From: Octopus bimaculoides
Taxonomy: Eukaryota
Direction: 5' to 3'
NCBI RefSeq assembly: GCF_001194135.2
Contig: NC_068982.1
Span: 161,756,309-161,820,308, forward strand
Length of the DNA stretch: 64,000 nt
A model generated the notes under the pieces. That model was not told the origin of the DNA. It made no database searches and saw nothing but the letters and a program-made list of their open reading frames with translations. A program made the translations under genes and the position numbers. Shown in pieces: positions 1 through 12,440 of the stretch; the first letter of the stretch is position 1; every line of letters starts with the position of its first letter.

Positions 1-864
1 GTTAGCAAATTATATTTATTGCTTAGTTTACAATTGTTTTGACAATTTCTATTGCAGCCAATCTTGCATTATGTTTTGTCATGTTGACAATTATTGATTT
101 ATTTCTATGCACTGTGAAATTATTCTTCACAGTGCATGGAGGAATCAACTCCTCAGAACATCAGACAAGGCAATATCCTCATTGATTTTGCAATTTCACT
201 GATAAATGCCCTCATAACAATCTAAAGTAAGTGGTTAGTATTAACCATATTTGTTCAAGAGAAATGTAAGATGAATGGTAGTAAATTAGATAAAGGAGGG
301 GCAGAAATAATTTGACAAAATAATTTGCCCTGTATTAGGGTGACACTTGTTCTGCAATACAGGTTTGTATCCAGCTGGTGCTGTCTTCTACAAATGCATT
401 TGTTACATGGTTATGTTTTACATTCTGATATTCTATGGCGGTCACAGAAATTCTAAGTTGCTCTAGTAGCAGACTAAGTCTCTAAGCATCAACAGACAAA
501 TTTTTTATTGAATCTGACAACTTTGGTACATTTGTCAAATAAAAAAAAAAATCAAATTCATTTACACACACATATATTCTCACATACACACACACTGAGT
601 TCCACAGCTAGTTTATTTATGTACTCATGGTTACACATACATGTTCTCACAAACCCAAATATGTGTATAAATAGTTGTATGCAAGAATACTCACACATTT
701 GTGTATCGGCCTGTTCATTTGCACACACCTAAAAACTTGAATATTTTGATATGCATGTCCTTATATACATATATAAGCAAGCAAACTTCTGACAGGGTTC
801 TCAAGTGATGAAGTAACACTTCTTCAAGTGTCATCTGTCTCATCAGCATATATACATATACACA

Positions 865-1020
865 CAACAGACTTCTTCCAGTTTCTGTTTGCCAAATCCA
901 CTCTCAAGGCCTTGGTTAGCCTAAGGCTAAAGTATAAGATGGCCCAGGGTATCACACAGTGGGACTAGACTGAACCTAGAACCATGTAGTTGGGAAGCGA
1001 GCTTCTTAACACAGCCATGT
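865..1020 (-). mobile_element. SINE head (same family); further partial copies at about 4400-4555, 23350-23500, 32510-32660, 35560-35720, 38815-39140 and 41640-41780
   Basis: Reverse complement of the tRNA-like head and CORE-like block (aaatccactc...cagtgggact...aaccatgt...cacagcc). Confidence 0.7.
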
Positions 1021-1024
1021 TTAT

Positions 1025-2010
<986 letters not shown>

Positions 2011-2044
2011 AAGTTACAAGTTTTGATATCATCTCATTAGTGAC

Positions 2045-2425
2045 ATGAAATCCTCTGAACTTGTTATTTATAGGGTCGTTTTTGTCAAGCACCGTTATTG
2101 GTCATTCTGTGCACACCTTGAATCCTACCCAATCTTTACAGTTGCTGCTCAGTTTTCCTCCCCTCACCCATTCCCTCTTTCACTTCTCCATACACTCTTG
2201 CAACATACACCCACTCACACTTCTGGTTCCTCTGCCCCCATTCACCTCATACCTCAAGAGTCCACTCAGACACCTCATCACCACTATTGCAATCATTTTT
2301 CAGCTTTATCACGACTTTCAGAATGTGAATGGTCTTATAACTCTTGTACAGCAGGAGACCTCTTCTACTCTGACCTCTTCTTTCATACTTTAATCCTTCA
2401 TCTCTTAACAGAAAATCAATCTTGA
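2045..2425 (+). mobile_element. possible degenerate LINE AP-endonuclease fragment
   Basis: Pyrimidine-rich overlapping ORFs. The SECEWSYNSCTAGDLFYSDLFF segment faintly recalls the region after GDFN in CR1-type endonucleases. The identification is weak. Confidence 0.25.
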
Positions 2426-2779
2426 ATTTCATAGTCTTGCAAACCACATGGTGATCTCACTTGTGCCAGTGGCTTGAAAACTGCACTCAGTACATGCTGT
2501 AAAGTGGTTAGTGTTAGGAAAGGCAACCAGGTCAAAACACTTTAACACTATGACATGATTCTTTTGTTTGGCCCATCTGATCCTGTCAAATTGGCCAGCC
2601 CATGGGACATGCATGTTAAATGATGATAATAATGATATATATTTATATGTATTGTTACACTTGTGGATAATCATGTTTTGCCAATTAAACATAAAAGTAT
2701 AACAATGTTTCAGCACATGATTTTACATCAAGAATCTTGCAAAAATGTATTCATATATGTTTGTATTAATAAATGGCAG

Positions 2780-3180
2780 AGAGATGCTTGTGTTAGAACT
2801 CCAATGCTGCATAATAGTGAAACATGGTCCCTGAATGCAAGGGACTTGCAAAACAAGAAGGAAATGAAGCTAGTATGTGCTTTTGGATGTCCAGTATCAG
2901 TGTGCATGAACAACAAATATGATTGTGTTGAGAGAAAAAATTGAACATAAGAGGAATTGTGTGTAGTTTGCAAGAGAAAAGAGTGCACTCATGGTCATGT
3001 AGAGTATGTAGACATGAGCAGCTATATATAGTGCTGATCTCTAAATAAGGATGGATGACCTAGTAAGATGTGGGATGAAATAGTGAAGATGTGTCTGAGT
3101 GTTGAGCTTCATGTAAGGAATGACAAAGGACTGAGATGATTGGTGATTTGCTTTGCTTAAGAAGACCCATCATCACAACA
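2780..3180 (+). mobile_element. decayed RTE LINE C-terminal fragment
   Basis: DACVRTPMLHNSETWSL..., then a degenerate K.WDE.VK and T(K)D.DDW.FA.LKKT. These match the RTE C-terminal motifs seen at 18540-18698. Confidence 0.7.
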
Positions 3181-3636
3181 AAACTGAGGTCATAAGGCAT
3201 TATTGTTTATGTCTATATGCACAGCTAGACCTTGCACCCAGTTTGCCCCTGCCAAGTCTTTTCCATCTACCTGTCACTCTGTCACTACTCTAATTATTGC
3301 ATTGTTCTGCTGCTGTAATTGCATGAGAACAAGATTACATTACCTATCCAGTTTTTGTGATAGCAGTTATTTCTCTCTCTCTTGGACACTCTTGCTTTTG
3401 ACCATCCTTCCCTCATTCTTAATGTCATCCTTTCTCACTTTTATTTTTTCTGAACACTGTACCAATGTGATGTATCTGTACATATAAATTTGACATGGGC
3501 GATTCTTTCTTGTCTTGGGATTCATGGTCAAACAGATGAGTGGAATTGTGCAAAAAATTACACAGATGTATAGAATGATCCGGTGGTGATGCTGGGCTTT
3601 GTATTTTTTTCATAGCTCCCATGGTTACTGAGATAA

Positions 3637-4041
3637 TCTAATATGATAATACTCTTGTGTTTATGAATGAGAAAGGAAGGGGTGATAGATGAATAAGAAA
3701 GGAAGGAGTAATGTCATACTTGGTAGTGGGATGATGAAAATTGTACGCTGAAAAAAATAAACCAAACAGCGTTTCAACTGTGAATATATGTGTGTGCGTG
3801 CGCAATGGAAGTGGGATGGTTCATCTTTGTTCACTTAGCATTTGGGATTATTTTTTGATTTGGTTGAATCTTGGTTGTTTTTTTTTTGTCGGTCAGTTAT
3901 TTTTAGGGTTTTGACAGAAAAAAGTCATTCTAAAATTGTTTTTTAACGTAAGCGTGCCCAAACAAGTCAAATGCTAACACAGAGCAGGTTTTACAGCCAC
4001 ATCATCCAAACCGACTGGGTGAAACCGGGTTTAGCTGCTAG
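3637..4041 (+). mobile_element. probable non-autonomous Helitron
   Basis: Starts A|TCtaatatgataat and ends with the imperfect GC-rich hairpin ctgggt-gaa-accggg followed by CTAG|T. This fits the Helitron TC...CTRR signature at an AT target, with no TSD or TIR. Confidence 0.5.
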
Positions 4042-5574
4042 TTACATATAAATACATACATTTATGTATATATTGACGTATCTCTCTTTCTCTCTCACCC
4101 CTCTATTTTTATATCTATCCGTCTGTCTATCTATCTATCTATGTTTTAACGGTTACTTTTCAATGCTTGCATGGGTCGGACAGAATTCATTGAGGTAGAT
4201 TTAATACCACACCGTGTCCTTCCTGTCTACAACCATCATCACCTGTAATCAGGCAAAATAAAGCTTCCCTCCATGGCCGAGGAGAAATATTTCACAGATG
4301 ATTGGAAAGAAATGACACCGTTTGTATGATGGTGACATTCATTTACAACTATCGTGCGATGTTAAGACACTGACACAGTACACAAACACACACAATGGTT
4401 TTTTGTTTTTTCAGTTTCCATCTACTAACTCCATTCATAAGGCTTTTTCGACCCTGGTATACAGGGGTAAATACTGGCTAAAATGTAACGCAGTGGGACT
4501 GAACCCGAAACTACATAACTAGGGAGTGGACGTAACCATACAGTCATGCCTGCATCTATGTATGTCAGTGTGTGCGCATGAAAGTATGTATTTACATATA
4601 TGTGTGTGTTCGTACCTGATCGACACAATTGTACATCTGAATATTTAGGCATGTTTACGTAAATGCATTTTCTGAAGTCTACATATCCTAACACATTTTG
4701 AAACATACCAGTTATCAATGCCTTTCTAACTTTTGTTCATAACCCGCCGAAATGACGCACAAGATACTATTCGTTTTACTCCGAGTTAACTCTGTATTTG
4801 TTCCCTCTCCCTCTGTATTTCTATCTGACCCACCTCTCTCTCTCATGTGTTGTAATGACTGTTGTAATTTATTTTGGCCTTTCAGGTCACAGAGTTTTCA
4901 TTGATATTTCCTTACCAAAAATTTCAGTTCTGAGTTTGATAGGAATGAGCGGTAGTAAATTAAGAGACAACTTAGTTCGATGTCATTTATTCTTATAAAT
5001 TAAGGCGTGTTATTTGAAATGTGTCCCTGCATTAAAATATATCTGTTGTATGCTTTCTTATATTTCATCTGACTTCAGATTTCTAACATGTTTTCAGTTA
5101 TTTAAGGAGGAAAGAAACAAGACAACCATATATTTAAATTAAATTAAAGAAAAAAGACAACTTTCATTGATTAACTTCTTTATTTTGAGTCATCTATTCA
5201 AAATAATTTCACGTTCACACACATGCACGCACGCACGCGAGTATGTAGCTTAATTACTAGGCATTTCTGTTATTTTGTTTGCTTAGTGGATGTAGCGGAA
5301 GGAAGCTATGTATGTATGTATGTATGTGTGTGTGTGATGCGAGATATAGAGGAATTGTACTGTTGAAATAGAAATGAAGTGAACGGTTTCTCTGTAGACG
5401 TGTTTCTCACCATTTGAACAAATGTTGTTGCTTAATTGTTATTAATATTTTGCATTGCCTTTTTTAAAAACCGTTTTCTTAAACCCCATTAATTTATGCA
5501 TTAGCTGGTTGACCCTAACCTGACATTTACGAGTAGCTTTCATGAATTCTCAACCGAAATGTGTATCAATGTGT

Positions 5575-5616
<42 letters not shown>

Positions 5617-6471
5617 CGTGTAGTCACTCACATGTACGGTTTGAAAAATGAATTACTTTGAAAATGTTTAGAGAGAATTTTTAATTATTCAGTAGCTCTT
5701 TGATTTCGTATATATCTGTTGGCTTTCCGCTTCTTTCATCAGACTCTTCGACGGAACGGTCTCGTTAGTTAGAAATTTTAGAATAATTTTACACCAAACA
5801 CACATCATCTAGAAACCGCTTTATCATTTCTGTAATTTATTCAAGTCCGTAGCTTCTCCCTGGCAAGCATTCGACTTACTGTCATTTCATACACCTCATT
5901 ATATCATTCTTAGGTTATGCTGTCGATAATGCTATTCATTTAATTTCTTATGTAGCGATTCATTTAATTTCTATATATTCTTCTTTAATTAAAACATTAA
6001 TTACATGTGGGATAAGATACACGCGTACACCACATGACCGTATCATTGCATCGTTTCATGTTTATCTCTGCGAATCTTTCATTATAATATATATATATAT
6101 ATATATATAATTATTTTATGTTATTGCGTCCAAAATCAGGGGGTATTCACGGATTAAAAGCTTGCATCGGTGCAAAATTTTCATTGCTGAAAGTACATTT
6201 TGCAACTCGATAATATAATTTGTAGTATAAAACCGGGGTGGGGGTTGATGCTGAGACTAAAGTAGACTAAAGTGATGGAGGAGAGACCTAGACACAGGCC
6301 GACTGTCTTGTTATCGTATTTGCAACACCTATATTAAGGCTAGACTCATTCCCTTAGTTTTCTCTACATTTAACACACGAACACACATTACTCATTTCTG
6401 AGTGGTGGGAGGGAGGGGTAAAATTTCGTTTTGATGAATCCTCTAAAGACTAGCATAGTCTTTTTAGTATC

Positions 6472-6563
<92 letters not shown>

Positions 6564-7950
6564 GTGTGTGTATAGTTATTAAGAACATGTGTAAACACTT
6601 CTGGCCTACTGCTGCTACTATATGTATTTCATATACTTATTCTTATGTAGTGATATTCTTTGTATTAATTAACTTATATCAATTGCACTACCTATATTTT
6701 TGCAGGTCTTTCCGTCTTATTTGATTAAAATTTAGTATTCAACAATTTTAGATAGATGCTTCATATATCATAGTAGGAATTACGAATCACCTTTAAAAAA
6801 ATGTGGATATTTTCATTGAGCTACATAATATAAAGTTACCCACTTTTTGTTATAGAATTTTACAGTAGTGATTCTTTCAATGGTAATCATTGTTAGTTAA
6901 TTATAGCACTGTAATTCATGTCAACAACTTGAGCATATTTTATTGTTTCAGTGTTGCTCATAATCAGTGCTCGTCTTGAATCATCATGCCAGCTCCCTTT
7001 CCACCTAGTTCCCAGTTTCCTGTTCTTTAACTTCCTCTAGACTGAAGCTGACTAGTAGTTCTTCTTACTGTTAAATTGCCACTTTAAAGCGTCAGAACCA
7101 TTGAGGGAGCGTCTATGCGGTTGCTCGACCTACTATCAATAGCAGTCAAATCGCTTTCAAATCACACTCTACCATCATTGAAAAACACATTAATACCGAG
7201 AACCCTAACTCCCCACCCCTCACCGCATGTTCACGATTGGAATAATTGAACATAGGTGTTTGCTTAATCAAGGTTGCACCGAGGATGAACAACTTAGTGT
7301 GCCCCCCCCCCNNNNNNNNNNCAAATTTAACTTGAGGTCAACTCTGATCGAGCTTACCTATTATCAAAGCTGTTCCCGCCCTGACCACCCTATCTTTTTT
7401 GTGTGTATTCAGGATTACATTATTCAGTGTGTCCTTTTTTGTAAACGGTTGAGGTTTGGCTGCTATTTCTAGCAGGTTTGATACCCGCATAGAGGCTTCC
7501 TCAAAGCGTAATGTCATATGCAAAGGTATGCTGTTTGTATAAAGTATTAGTTAGTTACAAACCAAATATGTCCACATGAATAAAATATGTCCATTATATC
7601 AGTGCAGTTGATTATTAGTTTTTGTCTTGGACTATCTCAGTTGACACTGACCAGCTATGATACTAAGAGAATTATACTATTGTAGTTACTGCAGCTTTAT
7701 ATTCAGGTCTTTTGAGAGCTTCATTCAGAATAGTATATAGTAGTATTTACTAATGTTTATGTATTCTCACATAACAAAGGAATTAGAGACGAACGCGAAG
7801 CACGTTCACTTCTTAATTTACCCACTAGCGCCTGCACACACACACAGTACGGAGAGCCTTTCAGCTGAATCATGCCAGAAAATAAAACTGTTAATAGTTG
7901 TGGGGTGATGGCCGTTAAGTGACGTGTTATTAGGCTGTAATTAGGAATTG
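3900..7950. promoter_or_regulatory. CpG-retaining zone, candidate (divergent) promoter region
   Basis: Judged by eye, not counted: CpGs are frequent here (e.g. 5225-5240, 5700-5875, 7085-7170, 7785-7925) and scarce in non-young sequence on both sides. A minus-strand ATG ACA|GTAAGT occurs at 5885-5874. Confidence 0.4.
6476..6560. repeat. (TA)n microsatellite
   Basis: Pure TA run. Other TA/CT/GATA tracts lie at about 5575, 6085, 27420-27870, 35735-35905, 37365-37453, 38765 and 58770. Confidence 0.95.
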
Positions 7951-9281
7951 TTAAATCTAATAATACATATAAATTAATGATTCGTATTATCACAAACGTA
8001 TCAGATAAGGATGGATAATGTATTGTTTAGTATTAGTGAATAAACAAACTAATATTTAATTATAAATTTCAAGACTTTCACCTGAGAACTTAAGATTTTG
8101 TGAAGGACAATGTCAAACCAGGGACTGCAAAATATATTAACATTTTGTATGATGCTCATGTGAGAGAAGTTGATTGATATTAATAAAATATAGATATTTA
8201 TACTATTTAGTATACCTGTCTTTTGAAAACTGAAATGGATTTTTGTTTTTTAGAAGTTCTAAAATGAAGAGAGATGTATTAGCTCATTGAAGGAAAGATT
8301 TGGGGGTCCTAGCATATTGCTGTAAGTTAGAGTACAATTCAATAAAATATCTGGTAGACTGTACTGGAATGATGGAGGATGAAAGTAACTTTTGGTAGTT
8401 CTTGCCAATTGTGTGTGTTTGTTCATGAACATATTCAACTGGAAAATGTCCAACATGTAAAGTCAGAATTTTCAGTTGTGAGTATGACAGAATTTAGTAG
8501 AAATGGTTGTTGTAATTTTGAAGTACACAGAATTTTGGTACAATTTATGTATCAATATCTTGACTACTTTTGTATCAATATCTTGATTTTGTTTTTTTGT
8601 TTTTATTTCTGTGCTAATCGAAAATATGTCCACTTATATGTTAATGAAAAAAGTGATAAGTGATGTAGATACATGGGGAAATATATTGTTGTCCAAAAGA
8701 CATTGTTTCAAAGCTTTAATAAACATCCAATGTGTTATTATATGGACAGTCTAGCTTTTGTCAATATTTATCAGAAATGACTTCATAGAAACAGTGAGTG
8801 AAACTGTTTTTAAGAAATCTGAGATTTACATAGGAAATTCATTTTGTTAAACAGTATAGTTTGTATTTTTTCCTTTGTTATCAAGTTTTATTTAATATTT
8901 TAGATTCTGTTATTTGTTAAGATCAGATTTGTGGAGTTGTTCACTTAATTGTCCATTGTACAAACCACTTGTATTAGTTGATACATAATAAATGTCTGAC
9001 TTTTCAAGATCCATAAACTCAATGCCAGTACTTGGCTTCCTAACCAAGTCATTGAGATGTTTTTTTTCCTCTTAGATACGATGCTACTCTTTTAGAAATA
9101 ACATTGTCATAAGATTGGATATGTATGTCCAAAGTTTTGTGAGTATAAAACAAGGTTCCTACATGCAACAAATGTTTGTGATGTATTTAAACTCCTGATC
9201 TATGAGTTGGTGATCAAATTCTTTATTCATTTAACTATTTTATTCCCTCATTACCTTTTGTCTTTTTCTTATTTCAGTCAT

Positions 9282-10115
9282 TACACTGCAACCATGCTGG
9301 GGCACCGCCTTGAATTTTTAGTCATTACTTATTTTTTTAAAACCTGATACTTATTCTATTGGTCTCTTTTGCTGAACCACTAAGTTATGGGGATGCAAAC
9401 ACACCAGTACTGGTTGTCAGGTGGTGGTGGTGGTGGTGGTGGACAAACACAGACACAAAGACATACATATATACGACAGACTTCTTTCAGTTTCCGTTTA
9501 CCAAATCCACTCACAAGCCTGAATCTATAGCAGAAGACACTTGCCCAAGGTGCCCAACAGTGGGAGTGAACCGGGAACCATGTGGTTGGAAAGCAAGCTT
9601 CTTACCACACAGCCACATCTGCACCTATGAGCTGAATGACATCAAGAGCTATAAATGACATTTTTCAGATATTAGTTATAAGATTTAAAGATTTGAACTA
9701 AGTTATGCGGATGCAAACACACCAGCACTGGTTGTCAGGTGGTGGTGGTGGAGGACAAACACAGACACAAAGATATACATATATACTTGAATGGTTTACT
9801 TGAACAAATCAACCCTAGTACGTATTAAGCCTAGTACTTATTAAGACTAGTACTTATTAAGCCTAGTATTTATTCTATCAGTCTCTATGCCAAACTGCTA
9901 AGTTGTAGGGATGTAAATAAAACAACTGGTTGTCAAGCAGTGGTGGGAGGACAAATACATACACACACAACGGGCTTCTTTCTACCAAATCCACTCATAA
10001 GACTTTGGTTAGCTTGGGGCTATAGTAGAATACACTTCCCTAAGCTGCCATATAGTGGGACTGAACCTAAAAACATGTGGTTGGGAAGCAAACTTCTTAC
10101 TACACAACTACACCC
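9282..10115 (-). mobile_element. tandem older copies of the same SINE family
   Basis: Two head+tail copies (about 9282-9625 and 9790-10115) and an extra duplicated internal block at about 9700-9785. Confidence 0.75.
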
Positions 10116-10559
10116 ACACCTCAAAAATCTAAACCGTCATTCATCAGGGCATTGATGCAAGATGAAACTTTTGGTATTTTAATGCAACCGTCTTGACAAT
10201 AACTACAAATGTTTTCATTTGAACAAGTTTTAATGTTTATAATAAATTTTATTAAATTCATTACAGCTTAGTGTTAATACCTAATGTATAGAATATTTAA
10301 TGATCTTTTAGCCCTAAAACTGAACCTTCTCATTAAAATTCTCATGTAATAATCCCTAGTTTTATTAATTTTTTTTATTTGGTGTTATATAAATATTTAT
10401 AGCTCTTAAAGTTATTCATCTCAAACTAAATTTCTTGCAAATGATTTATTTGTTGTCTATGTTGGCCCAGACTAAACAGGCCCATAATCAAAGTTAGTCC
10501 ATCCATGACTATCCCATCCCTCTTTCAAATGTAGTACCTTTCGAAGACTTCTGTATGTG

Positions 10560-11150
10560 CCATGCTTAGAGTACTGGCAATTATAGACTTAACCTCCTCT
10601 TGTCTCACACACAAGTTACTAAGTTACTGGGCTGGTTTTTCTGTAATGGCTGATAAGAACACAAAGTATCTTCTCTCTCTGTTTTCTTTGGTTTCTTCCT
10701 TAAACTGAATCTTCAAGGTTTTGTTTTCTCATATGATACTCAATGAACATAGCCCTGTGTTTTTATGCTATTAGTAGTTTCTACTTCTCAGAACACTTAG
10801 ACATTTGGTACTCTATCTGTATAAGATATCTTCTGCATTTGTCTAAGAAAGCTACATCTCTGCAACATTGACAAACTTTTGCCTTTGTTCACATTTCAGG
10901 TCACACAGCCACATTGGTTCTATGTATGCCCCAATACTCTTTTGTTTACTCTTATTGCTAGCTGTTTATTTGACAATATATTTCTGATCTCACCAAAAAC
11001 ATCCTTAGCCTGTGTAATCTTTAAGACCACACTGTTTAATGTGCCTTTCAGCTTATAAAAACAATTGAGTATGCTTTAAAAGAGATTCAGCTGCAATCTT
11101 CAGCAGATTGAGCAACCATGTTGAGGCTCCTTTGGCTTGATATAGTTTAG
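10560..11150 (-). mobile_element. decayed RTE-like LINE 3' fragment
   Basis: With frameshifts, the minus strand reads AEM*FLRQMQKISYTDRVPN and ends IAST L(S)MAH, resembling AEMWFLRRMLRISWTDRVTN of RTE C-termini. Confidence 0.55.
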
Positions 11151-12422
11151 TTTTACTCATGGTTTATTATAACAGACATTTCTGAATATTTTCATAGACT
11201 TTATAATGTTCTTGTAAGCAGAAATAAATTTCCCAGTAAGCTTGCCATTTTTCATAGCCAAACTAGAAATTGTGTTAAGACTGATAAAATATTAATATGA
11301 GGTGCTTAGAATTACTGTTTGTTTTTGATCATATGTAATAAGCAAAACTTGCATAAAAATGGATTAAATTACTTATATTTTTATTTAACTCTTAGTTTGT
11401 GACCTCAGCAAGTGATGTTCATGAATTTATCAAGGCAGCTGTTATCATTTTCATGTTTCTCACAACTCAGTAATTTTAAATATTTTCATAAATGAAACTT
11501 TAGACCACCTATATTAATTTTTTAATACAAGGAGGTGACCAAGTGATGGACCTCATACTTATAGGTCATGAGTTCAAACCTGGACAGAACACTTTATTCT
11601 GCATTAGCTGTTCTACATTAACTGTTATTCCACTTAAGTGTTCAAATTAGATCCCAGATCATGTGAGGTATTGGTGTTCTTTCTAGGAGTAGACTTACTT
11701 CCCATTGTCTTAACCCCATGAAGCCAGGATTTAGGTCAAGCTTTTTAGAGCTTACAAGGAATAAACAAACTGTATCTACTGAAAAGGAGGGCACATTGGC
11801 TGTACAGATAAGTCCCTTCTAGGCAAAGCACACAACTATGTTTGCCTTAAAGTATATGTAAAATCAATTTATATATAAATGTCTGTATTTGCAAAGATGA
11901 ATGTAAAGTAATATATTTGAAATTTCTTATCCATGTAACTTCTTTAAAAGAACGAAATAGAAGTCTTCTTTTACTTATTTGCTGAGTCTGGAGGAAGAGT
12001 CTTTGCCCATGACTGTCGCAAGCCTTTTAAGATTAGTGAGCTTCATACCATTAATATTTTGTTTAAACTCTTATAGGTCAATTCTTGCAGGAAAGATATG
12101 AACAGGGAGAGGATTGGAGGGCCAATATTCTGGAGAGAAAGGATTATAATGGGTTAGTGCAGGGCTGTAAGGGTTGGGTGCATAAAAAGTGATGAGAGGT
12201 GGAAAGACAAATGGATTGTGGCATCTGGGTGGTAGAAGTACAAGACCAGCCATCTGTTTGTTTAATCGCTTACCAAAAAGATGTTGATGTAGATGGTCAT
12301 GGCAGTGGTGGTGGATTGAACTTTAGTATTGGATTTAGTGATGATGATGGACTTAATTTTGGATCACTTTGGTCAGTGTTTCTGTGTTACAGAAACCTTG
12401 TTCCTATGATTTTGTCTTTCAG

Positions 12423-12440
12423 TCCTCTGACCTTTATAAA
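12423..12440 (+). CDS. candidate 18-nt microexon (SSDLYK, or PLTFIK in phase 2)
   Basis: Acceptor ttttgtctttcag, donor AAA|gtgagt. The length is a multiple of 3. Confidence 0.35.

Noticed and set aside
5700-5750. Minus-strand CTGATGA...GAAA hammerhead-like pair
   Set aside because: No convincing stem II or stem I pairing.
12290-12400. Resemblance of LKFNPPPLP to the SMN proline-rich region
   Set aside because: A short low-complexity match with in-frame stops, and no Tudor or YG-box sequence nearby.
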